This document shows, piece by piece, positions 47,773 through 57,333 of a DNA stretch of 64,000 nt. Both the position numbers and the translations under genes were made by a program. This DNA comes from Patescibacteria group bacterium (GTDB lineage Bacteria > Patescibacteriota > Minisyncoccia > RBG-13-40-8-A). Below the pieces are notes generated by a model, which worked only from the letters and a program-made list of their open reading frames with translations, searched no databases and was not told the origin of the DNA. The stretch lies in assembly GCA_018897295.1 (NCBI GenBank), contig JAHILA010000009.1, positions 3,154-67,153 on the forward strand, in the 5' to 3' direction. Position 1 is the stretch's first letter; the number at the start of each line of letters is the position of its first letter.

Positions 47773-48138
47773 GAATCAAGTGAATATAGAGTAAAATTCT
47801 ATATCGATCCCAAAACCAATAAGAGCTATATTTTTGAATATATCGATGATTTGGACAAAAAACAAAAAGCTAAAATTTTAAATCGGATCGAATTTTTAAG
47901 ACAATATAAAGGCGTATTAGATGAACCGTACTCAAAACACATCAAGGGTAAAATTCGCGAATTAAGAATTGATTTTGGCAAAAATAGACATAGAATTTTC
48001 TATTTTACATTTATTAAGAAAACAATCATACTCCTCCACGCATTCTTGAAACATACATCAAAAACCCCTGAATCAGAAATAAGAATTGCTGAAAATAATT
48101 ATTATGTTGTAATTAATAATCCAAAAATTTATGAATAG
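47761..48138 (+). CDS. RelE/ParE (HigB/Gp49-like) toxin; start uncertain
   Basis: PYSKHI.GKIRELR, RIFY, LLHAFLK.T.KTP..EI..A. Confidence 0.85.
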   Translation: MIYTESSEYRVKFYIDPKTNKSYIFEYIDDLDKKQKAKILNRIEFLRQYKGVLDEPYSKHIKGKIRELRIDFGKNRHRIFYFTFIKKTIILLHAFLKHTSKTPESEIRIAENNYYVVINNPKIYE

Positions 48139-48421
48139 AAAAATAAAGGCAAGAGATTTCCAAAAATATCTTGCCGAACAATTAAAAAATCCTGAATTCA
48201 AAAAACACTATAACGAATATGGGAAGCAATTGGAAGTTGCTTATCAGATTTTGAAATTACGAAAACAAAAAAATATTTCCCAAGCGCAATTGGCTAAAAA
48301 ACTTAAAACCAAACAAAGTAATATCGCTCGCATAGAAAATGGCAAACAAAACTTAAGTATACAAACCCTCAACAACATCGCCCGCGCTCTAAACAGCGAT
48401 TTAACCGTCAATTTTTCGTAA
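48131..48421 (+). CDS. XRE-family HTH antitoxin (HigA-like)
   Basis: SQAQLA..L.T.QS.IARIE.G; overlaps the toxin stop. Confidence 0.88.
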   Translation: MNRKIKARDFQKYLAEQLKNPEFKKHYNEYGKQLEVAYQILKLRKQKNISQAQLAKKLKTKQSNIARIENGKQNLSIQTLNNIARALNSDLTVNFS

Positions 48422-48454
48422 AAATTAAAACAAACAAATCTATGGAATTTTGTT

Positions 48455-48480
48455 AAAAAATCCGCCTCATGCGGATTTTT
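48455..48480. terminator. Bidirectional terminator
   Basis: AAAAAATCCGC-CTCAT-GCGGATTTTT between convergent genes. Confidence 0.75.
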
Positions 48481-48508
48481 AAATAGAAATATAAAAATAA
48501 AGGCCACC

Positions 48509-48781
48509 TTATTCGGTGGCCTTTACGAGCTTGATACAAGGAAAATAGAATTTGAATCCGCTTGTCATGTACTCACTCGATACCTCGTTTACACAAATAT
48601 CTTCTAACAAAACGAGTTCGCATGAGATAAAACCTTCTTCATTTTCTTCCTCGCCAGAGCAATACCCTGCAAATTCAACTCTCTTGTTTAAAAAATTCTT
48701 CCTTGTTTCAAAATGAAACCCTCCTTGCCCGATTTCAACAATTTTACACTTGTCTCCAGGGCAAAATTCTTCTTTTTCCAT
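48509..48781 (-). CDS. Small acidic hypothetical protein
   Basis: AAGGAGGTG RBS before ATG 48781. Confidence 0.6.
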   Translation of the reverse strand: MEKEEFCPGDKCKIVEIGQGGFHFETRKNFLNKRVEFAGYCSGEEENEEGFISCELVLLEDICVNEVSSEYMTSGFKFYFPCIKLVKATE

Positions 48782-48900
48782 GAGCACCTCCTTTTTTGAA
48801 ATATACCATATTTATAATAAGATAAGAAGTTTTTCATTAAAACTTGACAGAATTTACGGATATGCTATAATGTAAATATATCTTAAAAGGAGGATACGAC

Positions 48901-49188
48901 ATGACCGTTTTACAACTATTCAAGGAAAAGATGCTTGGAATCAACCAGTTTGTCCGCGCCAAAAAAACCATGATGGCCTACGGACAAGAGCTTTTCGTGA
49001 AGGGCCAACCGTACAGAATTACCAAGGTTAACGCTGATGGAATTACCATCAAAGGCAAATCAAGAAATAACTGCCAATTCATCGCTAAACCGAAACTGGG
49101 TGCCAAAAATCTGTTTTCCTGGACCAATTTTAAGCTGATCGGCAAAAACAGGAAAGGCCTAACCCGGGCCATGAAAGCCGCCAGCTGA
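48901..49188 (+). CDS. Small basic hypothetical protein
   Basis: TTGACA..TGcTATAAT promoter, AGGAGG RBS, terminator CGGGCAAGTCA-AC-TGACTTGCCCG at about 49202-49225. Confidence 0.7.
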   Translation: MTVLQLFKEKMLGINQFVRAKKTMMAYGQELFVKGQPYRITKVNADGITIKGKSRNNCQFIAKPKLGAKNLFSWTNFKLIGKNRKGLTRAMKAAS

Positions 49189-49258
49189 AAACAGCTCAAA
49201 ACGGGCAAGTCAACTGACTTGCCCGCTATTTTATTTATTAATCAAAATTAGGTCAATT

Positions 49259-50272
49259 TTAATATATATATCCCAGGATTCTCCAGTCGTTTCTGGAAAT
49301 AGCGCGCACGCTTTTTATTCCCAAACCCAAATAATTCATATCTGAAATAGTAATTGAATCTTCATTTACAGCTTCAACATAAGCTACATGGCCGTAACGT
49401 TTCATTATCCAGGTATTACCGCGCATAGAAATTATTGCGCCTGGCCTTGGTTCGATGCCAGTTTCAAATCCATATCCAACAGCTTTTTTTAACCAAGTTT
49501 TAGCATCCCCATTCCATGGAACATACTTTTTTTGAGCAACATACCAAGTACACTGGCCCCAAGGAAATCCATGGCTTGTACTGCCATAAGGACCAAGCTC
49601 TTCTGTACTATAAGCATAGATTTTGGCTTTTGGCGCATATTCAACCGGCTTCTGGCCATCAGGAATAATAATGTCCTGACCAATGGCCAAATTTCCATTA
49701 GCCGGCAACCCATTCATAGCAATTGTCTCTTCTGAATTGCCTTTGTATGTTTTAACAATTTTGTCCAATGTTTCGCCATTTTTAACTGTATGTTTGATTC
49801 CTGAAACCGGCAAAATAATTAGTTCTTGTCCTGCTTTAATCTTGCTTAAAGGGCTTAAGTTATTAGCCCAGAGCAGAGTATTGGTAGTTATGCCGAACAT
49901 AGAAGCAATGCCAGAAGGAATATCACCTTGCTGGACTTCATAGGTAATAATCCCGCTTCTTTCTAAAGATAGAGTAGACAGGGCTCCTGTCGGAGAATTA
50001 TTAGCCACAAAAGCGCTGTTCTGAATAACTACATTGGAGTCCTCAAAATATGACCCGTCAAAATATGATTCCTCAATTATAGTTTCTGCCAGGTTTAGAT
50101 CCTTCGAAGCATAAACAAAGGAACTTCGTCTGATCATTTCCTCTTCTTCGCTTGTTGCAGAGTCATTATTAAGACTGCCGGCAATGGCATTAGTCAAGAA
50201 TAAAGACCCAAATCCAATAAAAATAACTGCTGCTACCTTAAAATAAGGAATTTTGAGCAGTTTCTCCTCCAA
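49259..50272 (-). CDS. LysM plus CHAP domain peptidoglycan hydrolase-like protein
   Basis: Two LysM repeats; GQCTWY and GHVAYVE. Confidence 0.9.
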   Translation of the reverse strand: MEEKLLKIPYFKVAAVIFIGFGSLFLTNAIAGSLNNDSATSEEEEMIRRSSFVYASKDLNLAETIIEESYFDGSYFEDSNVVIQNSAFVANNSPTGALSTLSLERSGIITYEVQQGDIPSGIASMFGITTNTLLWANNLSPLSKIKAGQELIILPVSGIKHTVKNGETLDKIVKTYKGNSEETIAMNGLPANGNLAIGQDIIIPDGQKPVEYAPKAKIYAYSTEELGPYGSTSHGFPWGQCTWYVAQKKYVPWNGDAKTWLKKAVGYGFETGIEPRPGAIISMRGNTWIMKRYGHVAYVEAVNEDSITISDMNYLGLGIKSVRAISRNDWRILGYIY

Positions 50273-50438
50273 TAACCCAATTGTTTTGTTCTCTAAAATA
50301 AGTTTCTAGTTAAACTGATTAGCTAAACAAAAATACCTCCACTGAGTTTCGGTATTGTTAAGATTAGCATGCCTATAACCCCTTGTCAAGCTTTTTAAAA
50401 CAAAAATTTTCTCTTGTGCTATACTACAAAAATGGAAG

Positions 50439-50468
50439 CCCGCCCAAGGCGGGTCAGCCCTGGGCTGA
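50439..50468. repeat. 30 bp double hairpin in the pcrA leader
   Basis: CCCGCC-CAA-GGCGGG plus TCAGCCC-T-GGGCTGA. Confidence 0.7.
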
Positions 50469-50477
50469 AAATAAACA

Positions 50478-52418
50478 ATGGAAAACGAAAATATTTTAGA
50501 AAATCTAAACCTGGAACAGAAAAAAGCTGTCCAAACCACCGACGGCCCAGTTTTGATATTGGCTGGCCCTGGTTCCGGTAAAACAAAAGTGCTCACCCAC
50601 CGCCTATCCTACCTGATTAAGCAAGGAATCCCAGGGCAAAACATCCTTGCAGTCACTTTTACCAATAAAGCAGCAGATGAAATGAAAAAACGAACTATCA
50701 AACTCCTTACCCCGTTAGATGCCGCGCGTCTAACGGGGTTTATCGGCACCTTTCATTCTTTTTGTCTAAAAATCCTGAGAAAAGAAATAGACAAATTGGA
50801 TTATAAGAAAAACTTCGTTATTTATGACGAAGACGACCAATTAAATCTGATGAAAGAGGTAATAAAAAATCTGGAAATCAACCAAGAACAATTTCCTGCC
50901 AAAAGAGCGCTCCATGTAATTTCCTCTCTGAAAAACGAAACCATTGATTACGAAACTTATAGGGAAAATGCGCAGGAATATTTTGAAAAAACTATTGCCA
51001 AGATTTACCAAGCATACCAACTGAACTTAAAACAAAATAATGCCTTGGATTTTGATGATTTAATCATGCTTACTGTAAAATTATTTGAAAATTTCCCGGA
51101 GATTCTGGAATTTTATCAGGAAAAATACAAATATATTATGGTCGATGAATACCAGGATACTGACCCGTCGCAATACAAGCTAATAAAACTCTTATCTTCA
51201 AAATACAGAAATGTCTGTGTTGTTGGAGATGATGCCCAGTCAATTTATTCTTTTAGAAATGCTGATTTTAGGAATATTCTGAATTTCGAAAAAGATTATC
51301 CTCAAGCAAAAGTTATAACACTGGATCAGAATTACCGCTCAACACAGAATATTTTGGATGCTGCTTCGAAATTAATTTCCAAAAATGTTTATCAGAAGCC
51401 AAAAAATCTCTGGACAAAAAACCCTTCTGGCCCGCCAATATCAATCATCGGCACATGGGACGAAAAAAACGAAGCGGAATTTATTGTCCAGAAAATAAAA
51501 GAATTTTTAAAACAAGGATATAAATTGCACGATTTTGCTGTTTTTTACAGAACTAATGCCCAATCGCGCGCAATTGAAGAAGCATTTATTAAAAACAACG
51601 TTCCCTACAAATTAATCGGGGCAATTAGATTCTATCAGAGAAAAGAAATTAAAGACATTGTTAGTTATTTGAAATATATTGCTGTTAACGACTCAATGAG
51701 TTTAAAAAGAATAATCAATACTCCGACAAGAGGAATTGGCAAAATCACGCTTGATAAAATTATTAAAAATGGAATAGAAAGGGTTGCCGAGGAAAAACCA
51801 GAAGTGGGAATTTTCCACAAATTTATCCAGAAAGCCAAGGAAATCGCCATTAAAAATCCATTAACCAAGCTTTTAAAATTTATTTTAAAGGAAATTGATT
51901 ACCAAAATTACCTTAGAAAAACTTATGGCGATAATGAGCTACAGGCAGGACTTTCCGAAGACGAAGCCAGATGGCAGAACATTGAGGAATTGATAAATGT
52001 CGGAGCTGAATACGATAAATTGCCTGCCCAAGACGGATTAAAAGAATTTCTGGAAAAAACAGCGCTCCTGTCCGATGCTGATGAAATCCAAAACAACAAA
52101 GAAGTTGTACATCTAATGACTCTACATACTGCCAAGGGTCTGGAGTTCCCAATTATATTCATCATTGGCTGCGAGGAAGGCATTCTTCCTCATTCCAGAA
52201 GCTTACTGAATCCATTGGATATTGAGGAAGAGCGCAGATTATTCTATGTCGGCATTACCAGAAGCAAAACTCATCTGCATTTGGTTGTATCCCAGAGAAG
52301 AACAAGTTGGGGAAGCAAAGAGGCAAATATGCCATCAAGATTTTTGTCAGAAATCCCGGAGCATTTAATAAATTATGAAGAATACAATGGAGAAATTAAA
52401 GATTTAATAGATTTTTAA
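50478..52418 (+). CDS. pcrA: UvrD/PcrA DNA helicase
   Basis: AGPGSGKT, VDEYQD, GDDAQSIY, NYRS, TLHTAKGLEF, EERRLFYVGITR. Confidence 0.95.
   Translation: MENENILENLNLEQKKAVQTTDGPVLILAGPGSGKTKVLTHRLSYLIKQGIPGQNILAVTFTNKAADEMKKRTIKLLTPLDAARLTGFIGTFHSFCLKILRKEIDKLDYKKNFVIYDEDDQLNLMKEVIKNLEINQEQFPAKRALHVISSLKNETIDYETYRENAQEYFEKTIAKIYQAYQLNLKQNNALDFDDLIMLTVKLFENFPEILEFYQEKYKYIMVDEYQDTDPSQYKLIKLLSSKYRNVCVVGDDAQSIYSFRNADFRNILNFEKDYPQAKVITLDQNYRSTQNILDAASKLISKNVYQKPKNLWTKNPSGPPISIIGTWDEKNEAEFIVQKIKEFLKQGYKLHDFAVFYRTNAQSRAIEEAFIKNNVPYKLIGAIRFYQRKEIKDIVSYLKYIAVNDSMSLKRIINTPTRGIGKITLDKIIKNGIERVAEEKPEVGIFHKFIQKAKEIAIKNPLTKLLKFILKEIDYQNYLRKTYGDNELQAGLSEDEARWQNIEELINVGAEYDKLPAQDGLKEFLEKTALLSDADEIQNNKEVVHLMTLHTAKGLEFPIIFIIGCEEGILPHSRSLLNPLDIEEERRLFYVGITRSKTHLHLVVSQRRTSWGSKEANMPSRFLSEIPEHLINYEEYNGEIKDLIDF
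50709..50739. repeat. Palindrome within pcrA
   Basis: ACCCCGTTAGA-TGCCGCGCG-TCTAACGGGGT; encodes TPLDAARLTG. Confidence 0.8.
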
Positions 52419-52419
52419 A

Positions 52420-53214
52420 ATGATTGATATTAAACTAATTTTGCAAAAATATAATATTCATTCCAAAAAATATATGGGGCAGAATTTTTTGATTGATGAA
52501 AATGTTTTAAATAAAATTATTGGCGCAGCAAACCTGTCCTTAAAAGATACGGTGCTGGAAATCGGCCCAGGGCTGGGAATTTTGACTGTTGAATTGGCAA
52601 AAAGAACCAAAAAAGTAATTGCTATAGAAAAAGACAAAACACTCTGCGAGATACTAAAGAAGATTTTAAAAGAGCAGAATATAAACAATGTAGAAATCGT
52701 GAATAAGGATATTCTAAAAGTTTCTGACGAAATACCAAATTCCAATTACAAAATCGTGGCAAATATACCATACTATTTAACTTCGCCATTAATTAGAAAA
52801 TTTCTCGAAGTCGAAAACAAACCATCTCTGATGATTCTAATGGTCCAAAAAGAGGTAGCGCAAAGAATAACAGCAAAACCGCCGCACATGAGCATATTAT
52901 CCATTGCTGTACAATTTTATGCAGAACCAGAAATCATTGATTATGTCCCGAAAAGCAGTTTTTTCCCAATGCCAAAAGTCGATTCAGCAATTATCAAGAT
53001 AATACCGCAGTCTTATGTGGGACGTGCGACGTCCCACATAAATATGAAGAAGTTTTTTAAATTAGTAAAAACGGGTTTTTCTTCAAAAAGAAAAATGTTG
53101 AAAAATAATTTACCCGAAATCGACCTTGAAAAAATCGGATTAAATCCAAAAGTCAGGGCGGAAAATTTGTCAATTGATGACTGGATGAAAATTTATCGCG
53201 ATTTTTATTCTTGA
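52420..53214 (+). CDS. rsmA: 16S rRNA dimethyladenosine transferase
   Basis: GQNFL, EIGPGLG, ANIPY, QKEVAQR, PKVDS. Confidence 0.96.
   Translation: MIDIKLILQKYNIHSKKYMGQNFLIDENVLNKIIGAANLSLKDTVLEIGPGLGILTVELAKRTKKVIAIEKDKTLCEILKKILKEQNINNVEIVNKDILKVSDEIPNSNYKIVANIPYYLTSPLIRKFLEVENKPSLMILMVQKEVAQRITAKPPHMSILSIAVQFYAEPEIIDYVPKSSFFPMPKVDSAIIKIIPQSYVGRATSHINMKKFFKLVKTGFSSKRKMLKNNLPEIDLEKIGLNPKVRAENLSIDDWMKIYRDFYS
53013..53041. repeat. Perfect 13 bp-stem palindrome within rsmA
   Basis: TTATGTGGGACGT-GCG-ACGTCCCACATAA; encodes YVGRATSHI. Confidence 0.8.
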
Positions 53215-53257
53215 CTGACTATTTTTGTGCTATAATAAAAGTGATATAATTAAGAAT

Positions 53258-54271
53258 ATGAGATTAAAAATAAAGAACATACCATTGGCTACAATTATAC
53301 TAACAAGCATTTTTGCCGTTGGGTTAATTTTATTTGTAGGCGCTTTCTCTAAAAGAAGCGCTTTTTCCACATATAATTTATGGGGCGGCAAAGAAACCAT
53401 TATTGAGTCCGAAAGCAAAGACACAGACAATGACGGACTAAAGGACTGGGAGGAAAATCTATACAAAACCGACCCCTTGAATCCTGATACAGATGCTGAT
53501 GGATATTTAGATGGCGAAGAAATAAATTCCGGACATAATCCTTTGGTCAAGGGACCGAATGATAAACAGGTATTCTATCCTCTGCCCATTGGCAACAAGT
53601 ATAATATAACCAATCAGATATTCTCTGATTTTGATGCAATAGCAAAATCGTATATTGAGCAAAAAGACCAATATGTCAGAGATCATCCAGAAATCATTGA
53701 CCCAACGACATATATGGCCGAGGCATCTAAGGGCGCATTAGATGAAATGCTAAGAAGGGCTATGCTCTACAATGAAGCGGACTGGTCAGATAAGGCGAAC
53801 GCGGTTCTGGAAAAAAATCCGGAAATATTTCAGATTGAAATCTCAGATATTGATATAAAAATTTCCGATGACAATACTCCAGAAGCAATAAAAGCATATT
53901 TTGAAAAATTATCATCTTACGCAAAGTCAAATAATTTCCTTTTGCAAAACGAAAATTTCATCTTGTTGCAGGATTCTTTTCCCAATAATGATTTTGCCGA
54001 AGTGGATATTTTAATAATAATCAATGATGATGAAATATCTAAATTAGTTGATACCCCTGTTCCATCGTCATGGAAAGAATTACATAAAAACTTTTTAAAA
54101 ATCGCAATAACTTTGCGAAACATTTTTGTTTCTCTGAGAGGATTTGAATCTGACCCAATAAAAGCCATTATTGCGAACAATGAGATAAAAAATGTTTCAA
54201 GTCTTTGGAAATCTTTTGAACAAAATCTTCTAAAATTAAATGAATCGCAAAATCTAAATTTAGAATTATGA
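53258..54271 (+). CDS. Membrane-anchored protein with bacterial thrombospondin type 3-like Ca-binding repeats
   Basis: DTDNDGLKDWEE..TDP.NPDTDADGYLDGEE; TGcTATAAT upstream. Confidence 0.75.
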   Translation: MRLKIKNIPLATIILTSIFAVGLILFVGAFSKRSAFSTYNLWGGKETIIESESKDTDNDGLKDWEENLYKTDPLNPDTDADGYLDGEEINSGHNPLVKGPNDKQVFYPLPIGNKYNITNQIFSDFDAIAKSYIEQKDQYVRDHPEIIDPTTYMAEASKGALDEMLRRAMLYNEADWSDKANAVLEKNPEIFQIEISDIDIKISDDNTPEAIKAYFEKLSSYAKSNNFLLQNENFILLQDSFPNNDFAEVDILIIINDDEISKLVDTPVPSSWKELHKNFLKIAITLRNIFVSLRGFESDPIKAIIANNEIKNVSSLWKSFEQNLLKLNESQNLNLEL

Positions 54272-57200
54272 AAAAACAGATTTTTACAATCTTGTTAATC
54301 GCAACAATTCTCGGTTCAACAATAGGCGCTTTCTTGTTTAATCCCAAAAAAGCAAATGCGGTTTTCGGAATCGGAGATATAAGTATAGATATAGTAAATC
54401 AGATTAAGGACTGGGTGCTTGATCAATTGCCAAAAACAGTTGCCAGGAGCATGATGGTCCGCTTGCAACAAGAAATAGCGCGCTGGGCCCAAGGGGGATT
54501 TACAGATCAAAATAAGCCATTTGCAATGATAAGCTGGAAACAAGAAGTTAAAAACGCATTGCAAATTGCCTCTAGCAGATTTGTTAGTGAATTCAATCTC
54601 ACTCCTCTCTGCTCGCCATTCAAAGTTTCCCTCGGCACTGCCCTTGGAATTAATATGCCTGGAGGCGCAATACCTTATAGAACATACGCTGCTTGTACAA
54701 TTAGCGATATTGTGGATAATGTTGAAGAATTTTACAAAAATCCATCCATTGCCATGTATGGATGGGATACCTGGACTGCATTAGCCCAGCCAAACAATAA
54801 TTTTATTGGTTCATTTATGATGGCGGTTTCAGAAAGGAAAAGATTAGAGCAGGAAGAAATAACAGAAGTGGAAAAAGAAGTTGAAGCTGGTCAAGGAATT
54901 AAAAATGAAGCAATATGCAATCTAACCGACCAGCAAGATTGCGCGACAAATTGCAACCAGTATCCTAACATCATAAACGGGCTTCCGAATCCACTTTATG
55001 TTGCTTGTATGAAATCCTGCGAAAAATCTTCAATCGGCGCTTGTCTTGAAAAAACCACCAAAAAACTCGGTTCAGAAATAAAAACCAGCGTTGACGAGGC
55101 AATTGGAAGCGATATGGGCTGGTTAATTACTGCGGACGAAATAACAGAAATGATGAATCTGGTATTTTCCGGATTATTCAATAAACTAACTCACGGCATT
55201 AATGGAATGCTAACCAAAGGAAGCTCTTCAACAACTATAATATCCAAGAACCAGGCAGAATACGGATATTATGAAGATTACAAAAAAAACCAGACACCAC
55301 AGGACATCACAAAAGTAAAAGGAGATATTCTAAATAATATTTTAAAATCAATCCAAGGCGTATCTACTGCAGGATATGCCTGCGACAAGAGTGAACAAAT
55401 AAAGGGTGATATTTTTAGAGAAGTGGCTACGGATGTTTTAAATGAAGAGTCGCAGCACCTTTATACAGTAATGGAAGGCATTAATTTGAAACCGGACTAT
55501 GAAGTTCTTGATACGCAGCCAGCAGTTGATAACAAAATAGCGATATATGGCAAAACCTGGGATGATGTTCCTTTTAATAAATATCCGGAAAAATGCGCCA
55601 GTATTGCAAATAAAAAATGTAGCGACATTAAAACCGGTCTGCCTTATGAATTGAGTATAAATAATATTAATAGCGAATGCGCTACGGGATGCCTGGAACA
55701 GATAAATAATTACCAGGCAGAATGCTTAAGTACATTTAACGGATGCGAATATAACTGTAAAGACGAAACATGCAAAACCGCCTGCCATACTGCATATTCA
55801 GCTTGCTATAATGCGGCAAAAACAAAAGCAGTTAATGATAAAAAATGCTCAAGCATCGCAGTTGCTGATGCCTGTTTGAATGGGCAGGCATTGATAAGCA
55901 AGGCAAGAAATAGTTGCAGCGACTGTGTTAAAAAATATGAAGATTTCTGCGCATTAAAGAAAACCAAAGCAGAAAAAGACCTTTGCGTGCAAGAAAGCTG
56001 CAGTAATTATGAAGATATAAGCTCATCAATTAAAAGCGCGCAGGATTTCTATGACCGCTGCGCTTTAAATGAAACGAAATACTCCTGCGAAGTTTGTTTA
56101 AAAGAATATTTTATGCCAGCGGATTATTGCGGACAAATTTATGACTATATAAACCGCGCATTCGTTAAATATCCTGCCTTGGTTTATCATAATACCTGGT
56201 GGGGAGGATGGGTCAATTTTGAAGGGCAGTCTGAAGAACTTCTTAAAAATCCCTTTGTTGCCTGCGCCCCTCCCAATAATTCAGAATTTCTTTCAACTGC
56301 TTTAACCTGCCGCATCTTGCCTGACTTCCAGTTTCCCGGAGGAGGAACCTGTAAAACATTATGCAAAACAACTGAGGAAGAATTAAAAAATATTACTGAT
56401 AATAAACCGCAGGAACTTGATTGCATTGGACCATTAAAAGATCCAGCGCATCCAGAATGGGGAGGAGTGTGGCGTTCCGGAGGTTTGAGCCCAGGCGGAC
56501 AATATGCTACTTATTTGGCCAAGAAAAAAATCAAATGCTGCGCTGCTGTAACCGGGCATATGCCAATGGATTATAGGCTATGCAGAGGGATTACGTCAGA
56601 TCCAGTAGCTGAGGAAGAATTAGAAGGATGGTGCGATGATAAAGGCAGACCACTATGGAAAAATCCGGAATGTTTTTGCGAGAAAGGTTGGCGGCCGATT
56701 GATCTCACAAAAAATACTACAACAGGTTCTGATTTTTATTCTCCATGGTATAATGTCGGTCGCGACGAACCAGAAGAAACATGCAGCAGGGCATCAGGCG
56801 GTGTCAATATTTTAGTACCAAATATGGCAAAAGCGAATAAGGCCATTCTTGAAACTAATTCTGCTGCAGGAGGAAGTATTGTATATGTTGCTGAACACGA
56901 AGCCATTGATCCAGATTTAAATTCTTGTTTATATGAAAAAGTTTGCGCTGGAACAAATTTGCCTCTATGTGAAAACAGAACAATGACAACAAGTTGTGAT
57001 TTTGTGGCAAATCCGCCTGCTGGTATAATTTGTTCTGAAGAAACCGTTCATACTCCATCTGCTTACAATTGTTGCAATTCCGGAGGAGTAGAAAGCGGGA
57101 AAGGAGTAATAAAAGTTGAATGCGATTTAAGCGGATACAGAAACCAAGAAGTGTTTTTGGGAGTTTATGATAATGATAAAACGGATTGCAGAACTGTAGT

Positions 57201-57315
57201 TCATATGTGTATTGAATGCGACCCCAGCGACCTTGGTTATGACGGAGGCAGTTATGGATTTAGAGACAAATTAGGTAATCCCATTGACCAATGCAATTGG
57301 AAAGTTGGGATTTAA
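54268..57315 (+). CDS. Large secreted cysteine-rich protein
   Basis: Signal-peptide-like N-terminus (ANA); about 54 Cys by manual count. Confidence 0.8.
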   Translation: MKKQIFTILLIATILGSTIGAFLFNPKKANAVFGIGDISIDIVNQIKDWVLDQLPKTVARSMMVRLQQEIARWAQGGFTDQNKPFAMISWKQEVKNALQIASSRFVSEFNLTPLCSPFKVSLGTALGINMPGGAIPYRTYAACTISDIVDNVEEFYKNPSIAMYGWDTWTALAQPNNNFIGSFMMAVSERKRLEQEEITEVEKEVEAGQGIKNEAICNLTDQQDCATNCNQYPNIINGLPNPLYVACMKSCEKSSIGACLEKTTKKLGSEIKTSVDEAIGSDMGWLITADEITEMMNLVFSGLFNKLTHGINGMLTKGSSSTTIISKNQAEYGYYEDYKKNQTPQDITKVKGDILNNILKSIQGVSTAGYACDKSEQIKGDIFREVATDVLNEESQHLYTVMEGINLKPDYEVLDTQPAVDNKIAIYGKTWDDVPFNKYPEKCASIANKKCSDIKTGLPYELSINNINSECATGCLEQINNYQAECLSTFNGCEYNCKDETCKTACHTAYSACYNAAKTKAVNDKKCSSIAVADACLNGQALISKARNSCSDCVKKYEDFCALKKTKAEKDLCVQESCSNYEDISSSIKSAQDFYDRCALNETKYSCEVCLKEYFMPADYCGQIYDYINRAFVKYPALVYHNTWWGGWVNFEGQSEELLKNPFVACAPPNNSEFLSTALTCRILPDFQFPGGGTCKTLCKTTEEELKNITDNKPQELDCIGPLKDPAHPEWGGVWRSGGLSPGGQYATYLAKKKIKCCAAVTGHMPMDYRLCRGITSDPVAEEELEGWCDDKGRPLWKNPECFCEKGWRPIDLTKNTTTGSDFYSPWYNVGRDEPEETCSRASGGVNILVPNMAKANKAILETNSAAGGSIVYVAEHEAIDPDLNSCLYEKVCAGTNLPLCENRTMTTSCDFVANPPAGIICSEETVHTPSAYNCCNSGGVESGKGVIKVECDLSGYRNQEVFLGVYDNDKTDCRTVVHMCIECDPSDLGYDGGSYGFRDKLGNPIDQCNWKVGI

Positions 57316-57333
57316 ATAAAATATTAAGCATAG

